A stretch of DNA of 64,000 nt from the human T2T-CHM13v2.0 reference genome, Homo sapiens. The notes beneath the pieces were generated by a model that saw only the letters and a list, made by a program, of their open reading frames with translations, searched no databases and was not told where the DNA came from. The stretch lies in assembly GCF_009914755.1 (NCBI RefSeq), contig NC_060947.1. One strand, 5' to 3'. The position numbers and the translations under genes are program-made. Every line of letters begins with the position of its first letter. The stretch's first letter is position 1. This document shows, in pieces, positions 24,445 to 40,828 of this stretch.

Positions 24445-26959
24445 TGTAAACCCTGAATATCTGAGACAGATCTCAGTAAATTGAAAAAGTTTATTTTGCC
24501 AAGGTTGAGGATGCACTTCCATGACACAGCCTCAGGAGGTCCTAATGACATGTGCCCAAGGTGGTTGGAGCACAGCTGGGTTTTATACATTTTAGAAAGA
24601 CATGAGACATCAATCAATATATGTAAGATGTACATTGGTCCCTCCAGAAATGTGGGAGAGCTTGAAACCTATGAGAACGTGACCTTCTTTACTTACCACA
24701 GTCAGAAATCCTGTACAGGGACTGTGGAGAAAAGGTATGAGGCCAGTTTTTCCAAAAGGCTTTTATTGGCTCTATAAGTCAAGTTTGATTCCTTAAAGGA
24801 AATCATATGAGTCTAGTCAAAGTCTTGATAAAATAACCAGTTTATCCAATTGTGTCCTGTTGCAAAATAAAACATTCTTAGTGCACTTATGCAAATAACT
24901 ATTTGCCATACACTAAGAACACTCACAAATAGTTTTCAAATCCTGGAGAAATGAGGTAGAGAGAAACAAATATGCTTCAAATTTTGTTGATAGGAGTATA
25001 GTTTCTCAATTGCTACAACCCGTAAATAGCTCAAAAAAACTTGCCTTGACTGCGAAAAGCAATAAAAGGGTCAACATTGTTTTCAGTAAAAAAGTCAAAA
25101 GATTACTTTAGTCTTCTATTAGTTTAGTCCATGCAGTTCACTTCTGTTCTGCATGATATTCATAAACATTCCAGCTGTCTATGAGAGTACTGAAAGTTTT
25201 TTCTCTATTCTAATGTCACAATCACCAAAGTTATCAGAACCCTACATTCAAGAATACCTGTTAGTTTTATAGCTGATTATAAAACCACCTTCTAAAGAGA
25301 ACCAAAACAAAACAACATTTGTTTGTGGATGACAAAAAGCTTTAGGGTAGCTATAGTCAAAGATACAATTAAGGAGGAAATTTGTTATCTCTCTGGCAAA
25401 CAATAATTTAACATAGCAATTATAATTATTTCTGATAATGTACACTAAGTCATATTATAATTATAGGAGCTTCCCAAATGTTGGAACACATACCAATAAC
25501 ATATTTACACAAATACAGCCCAGAAAAGACTAAACATCATTTCATATTTTACAGTGCTTCCTGTATGATTTTTATACCAAACAAGCCAAATATGTCATTT
25601 TAAAACTTTAGGGAAAGTAATATCTTAAAGGAATAGTTAGGTCAGAAAAAAAAAAAACGCAGTTTACAAATTCATTTTGGAAAATTTGTCAAATATCAAA
25701 GATTTAAAACACTTGATATCACAAAATAGGATCCCAGGTCATTGTAAAACAAGTCATCCCTTTAACAAAAGTAATAACTCAAGGATTTCAAAAAAAGGCA
25801 AAACTTCATTCTTTAAGAGAGGATACTTAATTTTCCAAACAATAAGCCCTAATAAAGCAGCATAAAGCCAATTAAACTTGTTTTTCAAAATTTTATAAAC
25901 AATCTTTAAATTCTAATCACCTTGACCATAAGATATAATTTCCATAATCCTTTCATAACCTTTATTAAAAAGTTGGTTAATGCTTCAAGAAAAGCTTGTT
26001 AATCTGACATAAAGGCCAATATGCTGGTCATGCATCAGTATGCCTTTGGTATTAATGGTTAATTTATAGAGAAATTGAACTTATTTTATCTCTCAAAATT
26101 GTGTCTTACAATCTCACATGCCCTTCTCTTCCGCAGTAGTCCCTGGGCCTTGAGGAGTTGAATAGCTTTAATTTCTGGCCCTGTGTCTCAGAAATGCAGT
26201 TTAGTTTGATTAGTGCCTTTGACTGGGCCTGAAGATGAGGTTTTAATTGCTGTCAGTGTTTAAGATTTAGCAGGACTTGGTGTCCTTTTCAGATCAAGGA
26301 GTCAAAGGCCTGTAACTCAATGTCATAAGGACTTTAAAAGCACATACAGAAAGATACACAGATGTATAACCTTAATTAAGAAAAAAATATTTTAATCTCA
26401 GTTTTTTCTTCTAAGCAAACCAAAACTTAACAATAATAGCATAGGAATTATTTCAAAAAATTTAAAATCTGTTAGGCCAGTTACCAAAAAGCAAAATAAA
26501 AGACCTTTGATGGCTGGCAAGATGGCTGAATAGGAAGAGCTCCACTCTGCAGCTCCCAGGGAGATCAATGCAGAAGGTGGGTGATTTCTGCATTTCCAAC
26601 TGAGGTACCATGCTCAACTCATTGGGACTGGTTAGACAGTGAGTACAGTCCCTGGATGGTGAGCTGAAGCAAGGGGGGACATTGCCTCACCTGGGAAGCA
26701 CAAGGGGCCAGGGAACTCCCTCCCCTAGCCAAGGGAAGCCATGAGGGACTGTGCCATGAGGAACAGTGCAATCTGGCCCAGATACTACACTTTTTCCCAT
26801 GGTCTTCACAACCCACAGACCAGGAGATTCCCTCGGGTGCCTACACCACCAATAACCTGGGTTTTAAGCACAAAACTGGGTGGCTGTTTGGGTAGACAGT
26901 GAGCTAGCTGCAGGAGTTTTTTTTTTTCACACACCAGAGGCATGTGGAACACCAGCGAG

Positions 26960-27145
26960 TCAGAACTGTTCACTCCTCTGGAAAGGGGGATGAAGCCAGG
27001 GAGCCAAGTGGTCTAGCTCAGTGGATCCCACCCCTACAGAGCCCAGCAAGCTAATATCCACTGGCTTGAGATTCTCGCTGCCAGCACAGCAGTCCAAAAT
27101 TGACCTGGGATGCTCAAGCTTGGTGCGGGCAGGGGCGTGCACCAT
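26960..27145 (-). CDS. L1 antisense ORF0 homolog, 61 aa, open
   Basis: ATG at 27145 in a strong Kozak context (gtaATGg). MVHAPARTKLEHPRSILDCCAGSE..SVGVGSTE aligns to L1HS ORF0 (MAGAPPPASLPPCSLISDCCASNQRDSVGVGPSE). Expression is not shown. Confidence 0.55.
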   Translation of the reverse strand: MVHAPARTKLEHPRSILDCCAGSENLKPVDISLLGSVGVGSTELDHLAPWLHPPFQRSEQF

Positions 27146-27852
27146 TACTGAGGCTTGAGTAGGTGGTTTTCCCCTCACAGTGTAAACAAAGCTGCCGGGA
27201 AATTTGAACTAGACAGAGCCCACCGCAGCTCGGCAAAGCCGCTGTAGCCAGACTGCCTCTCTAGATTCTTCCTCTCTGGGCAGGTCATCTCTGAAAGAAA
27301 GGCAGCAGCTCCTGTCAAGGGCTTATAGATAAAACACCCTTCTCCCTGGGAAAGAGCACCTGGGGGAAGAGGTGGCTGTGGGTGCAACTTCAGTGGACTT
27401 AAACATTTCTGCCTGCTGGCTCTGAAAAGAGCAGCAGATCTCCCAGCACAGCACTCGAATTCTGCTAAGGGACAGACTGCTTCTTCAAGTGGGTCCCTGA
27501 CACTCATGTCTCCTGACTGGGAGACACCTCCCAGCAGGCGTCAACAGACATCTCGTACGGGACAGCTCCAGCTGGCATCTGGTGGGTGCCTCTCTGAGAT
27601 GAAGCTTCCAGAGGAAGGAACAGACAGCAATCTTTGCTATTCTGCAGCCTCTGCTGGTGATACCCAGGCAAACAGGGTCTAAAGTAGACCTCCAGCAAAT
27701 GCCAGCAGACCTGCAGCAGAGGGGCCTGACTGTTAGAAGGAAAACTAACACACAGAAAGGAATAGCATCGACATCAACAAAAAGATGTCCAAACAATGAT
27801 CTCATCTGAAAGTCACCAACATCAAAGACCAACGGCAGATAAATCCATGAAG

Positions 27853-28875
27853 ATGAGGAAAACCCAGGGGAAAAAAAGGCTGAAAATTCAACAAAAAGAA
27901 TGCCTCTTCTCCTCCTACAAAGGATCAAAACTCCTTGCCAGCAAGAGAAAAAAACTGGACAGAGAATGAGTTTTATGATTTGACAGAAGTAGGCTTCAGA
28001 AGGTGGGTAATAACAAACTCCTCCAAGCTAAAAGAGCATGTTCTAACCCAATGCAAGGAAGTTAAGAACCTTGAAGAAAAGGTTAGAGGAATTACTAACT
28101 AGAATAACCAGTTTAGAGAAGAAGATAAATGACCTGATGGAGTTGAAAAACAGCATGAGAACTTCGTGAAGCATACACAAGTATCAATAGCCAATCGATC
28201 AAGCAAAAGAAAGGATATCAGAGACTGACAATCTACTTAATGAAATAAAGCATGAAGACAAGATGACAGAAAAAGAAAGAAAAGGAATGAACAAAGCCTC
28301 CAAGAAATACGGGACTATGTGAAAAGACCAAATCTGCGTTTGATTGGTGTACCTGAAAGTGACGGGGAAAACGGAGCCAAGTTGGAAAACTCTCTTCAGG
28401 ATATTACCCAGGAGAACTTCCCCAACCTAGCAAGACAGGCCAACATTCAAATTCAGGAAATACAGAGAACACCACAAAGATACTCCTTGAGAAGAGCAAC
28501 CCCAAGACACATAATTGTCAGATTCACCAAGGTTGAAATGAAGGAAAAATGTTAAGGGCAGCCAGAGAAAGTTCGGGTTACTCACAAGGGGAAGTCCATC
28601 AGATTAGCAGCAGATCTCTCTGCAGAAACCGTACAAGCCAGAAGACAGTGGGGGGGGATATTCAACATTCTTAAAGACAAGAATCTTCAACCCAGAATTT
28701 TGTATCCAGCCAAACTAAGCTTTATAAGCGAAGGAGAAATAAAATCCTTACAGACAAGCAAATGCTGAAAGATTTTGTCACCACCAAGCCTGCCTTACAA
28801 GAGCTCCTGAAGGAAGCACTAAACATGGAAAGGAAAAACCAGTATCAGCCACTGCAAAAACATAGCAAATTGTAA
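27853..28875 (+). pseudogene. L1 ORF1p, frameshifted
   Basis: Runs from ATG at 27853 to TAA at 28875. Fragment 28319-28555 reads KRPNLRLIGVPESDGENG..ENFPNLARQANIQIQEIQRTPQRY. Confidence 0.9.
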
Positions 28876-28938
28876 AGACCATTGACACTGTGAAGAAACT
28901 GCATCAACTAACAGGCAAAATAACAAGCTAGCATCATA

Positions 28939-33070
<4,132 letters not shown>

Positions 33071-34093
33071 TGAACACATGGACACAGGGAGGGGAACATC
33101 ACACACTGGGGCCTGTCGGGGGGTGGGGGGCAAGGGGAGGGATAGCATTAGGAGAAATAGCTAATGTAGATGACAGGTTGATGGGTGCAGCAAACCACCA
33201 TGGCACATGTATACCTATGTAACAAACCTGCACATTCTGCACATATATCCCAGAACTTAAAGTATAATTAAATAAATAAATAAATAAAAAGACCTTCTGC
33301 AGTGCACAGAATATTATGTTGGAAGAAAACATTTCCTTCAGACCTTTCAGAAAACATTGTTAGCATCAGGCCATAACAAAGAGAACCTGGCGGGGGGGGA
33401 AGCATATATGAGCTGAAAATGAGTTGAAGGAGAGCGTTACTATTTCACGCCTTTTAAAAGCGGAGACAAAACAAAAATGATGAGACGTAATAAAAGTTGA
33501 ACTTATGGTTAAAAATAATGAAAATATCTTATAATGTATTCAGAGTAAATCAATCCCTTCAGAAATTTCACTCTTCTAACCAATTCTTTAGTGTGGAAGT
33601 GTTTTTTAACATGAAACCTAATTTCTAGAAAGACCATTATAATTTCCCTTTAATTATAAACAACTTTATCACACAAAGATTTGTTTTTAATAAAGCCTCT
33701 AAGACTAAATTTAGAATACAAATTTTTTTACTCATATAAAACTATGTCTTTTAAGGCTTTCTCACCAACAAATAACTCTTTATTTCTGTAACTTTCTTCA
33801 CATCTCTCTTATTTCCTGGCTCTTTTTACCTTGTTTTATATATAATATTTAAATGAAATTTGAGTTAGACAAAAAATGTTCACTGTTTTAAAAAGAACAC
33901 TTTTTTAGAAAAAGAGATTTTCTACAATATATTATTATCAAAAAATACCAAAATAATGAAATATCTATTATTTAACTTTACATATTAAATTGTCATGTTT
34001 GTCTACAAGTTTTTATCCTATTACATTTACCTAATTATTTTAATCATTTACATAGATTTTTTATGAAAACTGCAATAGTTATTATGTAAGTTA

Positions 34094-34350
34094 TAAAACT
34101 ACCATTGCAAAATTATAACTGAGACAGTGAAACATATCTCACCTAACTGACTCCATCCTGTTTCTAACCTCCAGCTGTCCTTGTTTATTCCTGGACATAG
34201 GCCATAGTAACTTTGGAGGGAACTTAGTTTATAGTTTAGCTTTGAAACAAAGATAAGAACAGTCCTTTCTCAAAACAAAGCTCCTTACTACCTGTGGAAT
34301 AGACTGCTTAAGGCCGTTATGGTAACTGTACTAAATAATTCCAGATGTAG
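34094..34350 (+). mobile_element. LTR8/LTR8A 5' fragment embedded in MER4-int
   Basis: 'aaactaccattgcaaaattataactgagacagtgaaa...ctaactgactccatc...tctaacctccagctgtccttg' matches the LTR8 start. There is no 3' half. Confidence 0.7.
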
Positions 34351-36631
34351 CTATTTTTATTAAACCAATATCAATGTCTTATTTATCAAAAATCACACAA
34401 GCAAACATCATTCTGTTTTGGTCTGGGTTTTATAGTTTTGTATTGCCTATGCCAAACTCTGACACATAGCAGTTGACAGGGATAAGTATGAAATTGCTTG
34501 ATCAATAAATGCAAATGAAAATGTATGCTGGAAGTTCCTAAGACATTTTTAATGTTACTTTACCAATAATTTTCAACTAGCTTATTTATTAGAGAATTTA
34601 CTTAAGTCATATAAACTTGAAAAAACATTTAACTAGTCTTTCCTTTGTTCTGGTATTGATTTAAGTGTTTTTATTTCTCTTTAAGCCAATTAATTAGAGC
34701 TCTTTTATATATTTTAAATAGTGAAACACTGTGTACACAACCCATAAATACACAGACGTATTTGGCATGCCAATAGAAGTACATCTTATTGATTCATGAG
34801 ACCTTTTTTTTCCCCCATCTTAGACTTGCAATCTCTTGATAACCTGTTTCATTATCCTGGAAGTTGTCAGATAAATCTGCATATTAAAGGAAACAACTCT
34901 TACGTGAAAAATCAAATAGCAAAATTTACTTCTCAAGGTTCAGAGAGAAAAAATCTGGTGGTTCTAGAGGGAGATTAAAGATGGATGCCACATTAAACAT
35001 TAAAATAAAAATTTATCATAAGAGTGTATAAGGATACCAATTTTATTTAGATAGGGACTACCTATTTTTAACCGGATCTCTGAGCTCTGAGCAGAGCCCA
35101 CACTGAATCGTGAGTCTCCAAAAGAAAATTATGAGACTAGGCCCTGTGATGAGTTTACAGTGCACCATAATTTTTTTAAACAAAGACATTTCTAAGTCTC
35201 TACACTCTTCCTTAAAAACCCAAGAGTAGCCTCTGTTGCAACAACTATCTTAGTCAAAAAATCAGGTAACACAATACAAAAGCAAGCAGTTTAAAGGCAG
35301 AGTTAAACTTTTCTGTTTACACTCTTGGGGTTCCATAAGGAAAAACAGAGGTTTCTCCCCAGAAGTGAGTCTGGCACCTTCTCCATTTTCTAATTAACCC
35401 CCAGGCAATTAGAAACTATTTTAGGTCCCTCATGCAACAGAGGATGCAAGAGAAAGGAGAGACGCAGAAGTAAATAAAGGAAACAGAATTCAGTCAACTG
35501 AGAAGGAAATTAACTTTTGCTCAGAAAGGCAAAGTCCTAGGTGAAAAGAAAAGTAAAACAAAAATATGAAGACCTTTCAAATACAAACACACACACACAT
35601 GCAAACATACACACATACATCTTGGATGCTGGCTTTTAGTTAAGCTGACTTTTAACCATTGAACTCCTTTAAAAAAATCTTTTTTTAAAAATCTCATTAC
35701 CATATTTCAGCTAGGGAAAATTGCCGCTACTTCAGAAGTACCAAGCATCAAACCAGAAACGGCTTGTTTTAGGAACCAAACCCAGGCTGTCATGGTAAAA
35801 AACAAAGGCAGAAGCATAGCTATGGAACTACAGTGTGGGGAAACAACCATTGCTCTTTTAGTTTGGCCTGGCTAGTGAAATGGCTAGTGAAAAGGTGGCC
35901 TTGTTATGTAAATAAAGCCCCTTAAGAAGTCAAAATAAAAAATCTTTTTCTTTTGCAGGCCATTTCCCCCTCAACTATACCACCTTTTTGTGGGGAGGGG
36001 GGAGGGGGAATTTAGCCACTTTAGGGCCTTGTTCCCCATAATTTGAAACTTCCTTTTGGATTTTATCAAGTCAGATAGAGCTGATGAAACCCAATGGGAA
36101 AAAGACTGAAACAACAACAAAAACAGAAACAAACAACAACAACAAAACAGTTAAGCAAAACAAATGATCGCACAACTTGTACAATTACTTAGCACTCTAA
36201 TGGTAAGGAGAAATTAAGACAAGCTGGTTGTTAATCTTAACTTTAGCAAGGACAAACCCCAATTGAGCTAATCACCTAGGGATGGGCCTCAGGCTGAAGA
36301 CTGTCCATCCTAGAAGCAGGAAAAAACTCAAATTTGTCTTCCCTGTTGGAAGCGAGCTCAAACTCCATAAAAAAGTTACCCATCTTCCATCATCATGCAA
36401 GCAGGAAAACTTGCATTTCTTGTTACTCGCAAGTAAAATTCCATAAAAGGGAGTTGTACAGCAAAACATACTTCAAATCTCGACCAAATTTTGGGATACC
36501 AGGGATTCTTTGGACGGGGTGCTTCCAGGCCTAAGCAAATTGCCCTATTGGTTTGAGCCATAAAGATAGCTCAAGCTGGTACCAAGCACCAATAGGAGAT
36601 TTGTCAAAGGTCAAGGATGCTTCTACTCAGA

Positions 36632-36649
36632 ATCTCTTCATGATTGCCA
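36632..36649 (-). promoter_or_regulatory. Primer-binding site of the MER4A provirus (tRNA-Arg type, decayed)
   Basis: Minus strand TGGCAATCATGAAGAGAT, next to the LTR end, versus the Arg PBS TGGTAACCACGAAGGGAT (4 mismatches). Confidence 0.65.
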
Positions 36650-36652
36650 AAA

Positions 36653-37102
36653 TGTGAATGCTGAATATCTAAGACAGGTCTCAGGAAATTTAGGAAGGTT
36701 ATTTTGCCAAGGTTTAAGATGTGCACCCATTACACAGCCTCAGGAGGTCCTGACGACACATGCCCAAGGTGGTCAAAGCACAGCTTGGTTTTTACATTTT
36801 AGGGAGACATGAGACATCAATCAATATCTGTATGATGTACATTGATTCCGTCCAAAAAGGTGGGACAACTCAAAGCAGCGAGGGGGCTTCCAGGTCACAG
36901 GTAGATGAGAGACAAATGATTGCATTCTTTTGAGTTTCTGATTAGCCTTTCCAAAGGAGGCAATCAGATAGGCATTTATCTCAGTGAGCAGAGGGATGAT
37001 TTTGAATAGAATGGGAGGCAGGTTTACCCTAAGCAGTTCCCAGCTTGAGTTTTCTTTTTAGCTTAATTATTTTGGGGCCCCAAGATTTATTTTCCTTTCA
37101 CA
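36653..37102 (-). mobile_element. MER4A 5' LTR
   Basis: The reverse complement begins TGTGAAAGGAAAATAAATCTTGGGGCCCCAAAAT. It is homologous to 24445-24640. Confidence 0.9.
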
Positions 37103-37383
37103 GAGATCGTATACCAGTTGAGCTCTGCCATTTTCCTCTTAGTACGCAAGCTTCAGCTCACTCGCCCAACTCCTGAGATCTTACCGGGAAGCTACTGATC
37201 ACCAGTTTCAGGTTTTTTCTATCTACAGGTAAACTTCCTTTCTCTGGTGCTGGCTGTGACCAATTACTATTTTAGAGGGGCAGTGTAACTGCTTGACCAT
37301 CACCTGATGGTTGCCTGATATTCTTTGTTGAGGAGGCACCCTTTCCTGCCCTGTTCATGTCTGACTAGCTATTTACTGTAATA
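37103..37383 (-). mobile_element. MER50 3' LTR, U3 part
   Basis: Aligns to 43630-43899. A polypurine tract (minus-strand gagagaagaaa) follows at 37384-37394. Confidence 0.88.
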
Positions 37384-38862
37384 TTTCTTCTCTCAAGAGT
37401 CCAAGACCCCAATTATTTGGGGAAAATGGATGCAGGTCCATCTTCTGTAACTGCTGCCTGCTGACAGAGGGGCAGTGATGGTTGTTCTGTGGGTCTTGGC
37501 CTGTTTCTAGCTGTAAGGGCAGGAAGGTGGCTTCATGATTTGGTAAAAGTGGTATCCAACCAGGTCCTAGGGAGACAGCGGCAGGATTTTGCCTCCATTA
37601 TCTGGAGCTGGATGGTGTGAAGCTGAGAAGACAAACTGAGTTATTAGAATGTCAAAACAAATTAAGTGGGTAATAACAGCTCCAAAAAATTCCGAGACTG
37701 CCAACATGCCCAGGTAACTGGTCGCTATATTCATGCCTGCTTAGTCTTGGATTTATGGGGTTGCTAACTGATTGCAGTATGTGCCCAGAATTAGAATATT
37801 GATTCAGATTTTTACATTACCTATCCCTTTGTTTCTTCGGAGCTGCAGCCAGAGATCACTGGTTGGTTCACAGAAATAGGCAGGGTTAGTCTAAATTGCA
37901 GATAAAAACTCAAAAACAACTGATGAGACTAGAATCTAATAATAGGTATACCATAGTTCTTGAAACATAATTTTTCAGTCTCCAGTCCTCATTTGTTATT
38001 CAAAACAAATATAGCGTTGTTTGCAAAAAAAAAAAAAAAAAAAAAAAAAAAGCTTTAGTCTTATTTTACTTGGCCTGATTATTTGCATAAAGCACAGCAA
38101 AAATAATTATTTGCCATATAGGTTTCTTTTTAATTTGGCTTTGATGCAACTTCATTCCATAAGGAATCTCAGATAAGACTCTGTTTGAAGCCTTAAGCAC
38201 AGCCATGGATTGGTGCCATTAAATACATTTATGAGGGGTAAATTTCTCTCCTATTGAGGTCTCAAAATAACTTGGGGTTCCTGTGATTGTTAGAAAGTGA
38301 CATTCTTTACTTATCACAGTTCAGGAACTCTGTACAGGGACAAGGACAAAATATGTGGAGAAAAGCTATGAGGCCAGTTTTCGCAAGGGGCTTTTCTAGA
38401 CTCTATAAGTAAAGTTTGATTTCTTAAAGGAAAGTACACCATTCTAGTCAAAGCCTTGGTATAATAAAATAACCAGTTTCTCCAGTTATGTCCTGTTGTA
38501 AAAGAGAACAGATTCTTATTGCACATATGCAAATAACGATATTGCCATAAGTTAAGAATACTTCACAGATAGTTTCCAAATTCTGGAGAAATCAGGTAGA
38601 GAGAAATAAATATGCTCCAAGTTTTGTCTACAGGAGTGCTCAATTGTTAAAAGCTATAAGTAGCTCAAAAGAAAATTTTTCTTGGCTTTGAAAAAACAAA
38701 GAATGGATTGGCAACATTTTAAGCGAAAGTCAAAAAAGATTACTTGGGTCTTTTATTAGTTAAATGTATGCAACTATTTCCTGTTTTGCTTGAAATTTAT
38801 AAACACATTAGTAAAGTCCTGTAGCTGATTATGTAACCACCTTTTAGAGGATTAAAACAAGG

Positions 38863-39400
38863 TGATATGGTTTGGTTCTGTGTCCCCACCCAAGTCTCAT
38901 CTTGAATTATACTCCCATAATTCCTGCATGTTGTGGGAGGGACCTGGTGGGAGATAATTTGAATCATGGGACAGTTCCCCCATATTCTTCTCGTGGTAGT
39001 GAATAAGACATACAATATGTGATGGATTTATCAGGGGTTTCCACTTTTGCATCTTTCTCATTTGCTCTTGCCACCACTGTGTAAGAAGTGCCTTTCACCT
39101 CCTGCCATGAATCTGAAGCCTACCTAGCCATGTGGAACAGTAAGTCCAATTAAACCTGAGGTGAGACTGAGGTAGTCCCCGATGGAGATGAAGAACTTGT
39201 TGGGAGCTGGAGCAAATGTGACTCTTCTTATGTTTTAGCAAAGAGACCTGTGGCATTTTGCCCCTGCCCTAGAGATTTGTGGAATTTTGAACTTGAGAAA
39301 GATGATTTAGGGCATCTGGTGGAAGAAATTTTTAAGTAGTAAAGCATTCAAGAGGTGACATGGGTTTTGTTAAAGGCATTCAGTTGTATAAGGGAAGCAG
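38863..39400 (+). mobile_element. THE1A-like MaLR LTR plus internal fragment, deleted
   Basis: The LTR runs 'tgatatggtttgg...aggggtttccacttttgc...gtaagtccaattaaacct' to 39157. It is fused to THE1-int 'gatggagatgaagaacttgttggg...ataagggaagcag'. Confidence 0.85.
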
Positions 39401-40334
39401 TCTGACCGTAAGGTAAGAATCTCATAAACCTTTTATAAGCCTTTACCATTTTCTGTTAAAGAGCAGAATAATGCTCTAGGCAAAATGTGTCATGCTTTTT
39501 ATTCCAATGTTCAATTTACAGATAAACTGAATAATACCACTTTAGTTTTAGCTAATATGTCCACAACCACAATTTCTTTACAAGATGAATTTTTCACAAG
39601 CCTTGCACGACTTGCCTAAACCTTTAGCTATATCCTAACTTAAAACAATCTTTTAACCCTCTAAGTAAGGCAAAATATCCACATTCCCATGCCTTCTTAT
39701 AATCTTCTACCAAAAGCACATTCTACTTTCCTTGCATGCCTTGTGTGTAAAACTGTTTTTCCAATAGACTCAGGTACATGTTACAATGTTAACTCTTAGC
39801 AACTTTTAGTTTTGGGGAAATACGTGGTAAGTAAGCAATTCTAATTATGTACTAGGTATCTAGCCTAGGACACCAGACAGCAGTGCAGATAAGGTTTGAA
39901 CCTTTATTATAGCTAGGGACCTGATTAACTTTGTATGTCCCCAGGCCTTACCTAGCTTGAAAGCAAACAACTTGCATAATTAAGAGTCTTAGTAGCAGTT
40001 TATGAAGCATAAAGGAGGCTTAATAGCCTTTAAATTGTTTAATATTTTTTTCTTAAATTTCCTTTCATGAGTCTTCTCCCAACTTACACAAATCTTCTAC
40101 AACATGTTTTAACTTTCTGATTTGTCCTAAACATTCCTCTTTTTAAACACCCTGTTATTTTACTTTGGGACAACAATTTACCATACAAGATATTTTCTTA
40201 TATAAAATCCCTTTTCTTTATAACATTCCTTACCAAAAATACCTCTTTGCCTTTATAACCTTTGAATTAGACAAAAGTCATTTTATTTCTGTTAAGAAAT
40301 TATGGTTTGTACTACATGTTGCTGTGTATATACT

Positions 40335-40760
40335 GTGAAGAGGGAGCAAATAGGCAGGTTATCTGCATACTGCAGATGTTATCTCCCCTCAAGAGATTGC
40401 TTGGTAAGATTTTTTTAGGGCTTTTCTGAATAAGTGTGGACTATTTCTAAACCCATGAGGTAGGACTGACCAGATTGAAGTAGTTATTAGGGAGAAAGAT
40501 AAATTCAGAGGTAGGGTAAATATTAAATTCAGAGGTAGGGTAAATATTAAGAAGTCATCCATCTTAGAAAGTACATTTTTGCCCCGAAGTGTAAATACTC
40601 TTTTGGAGGAAGGTAGTGCCATTAACCTCCATTAGCCAATAGGAGTTGAAAGAGAGTTGCTCAGGGAAGATTAGCTCAGACTAGGCAGCTCTTAAGCCCA
40701 AAAGGGAAATTTATAATTTTACTTGCCTCCTCCAGAGTTGCTCTTGGCTTTGTTCCATTG
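40335..40760 (-). pseudogene. ERV protease and RT remnants
   Basis: Minus strand shows PRATLEEASKIINF (protease N-terminus), WSVLPHGFRNSPHLF (RT LPQG motif) and LQYADNLPICS (decayed YxDD). Confidence 0.75.
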
Positions 40761-40828
40761 ATGATGTCTGATCTGGGAGCCGATTGGTCCAGACAGCCCA
40801 TTCTGCTCAAGGCCATAAAAGGTTGGGA

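Noticed and set aside
33105-33140. G-quadruplex-like G-runs
   Set aside because: This is the standard L1 3'UTR polypurine tract and is not locus-specific.
37384-38300. Retained env ORF in MER50-int
   Set aside because: There is no long ORF, and I could not recognise a furin site, immunosuppressive domain or CX6CC motif.
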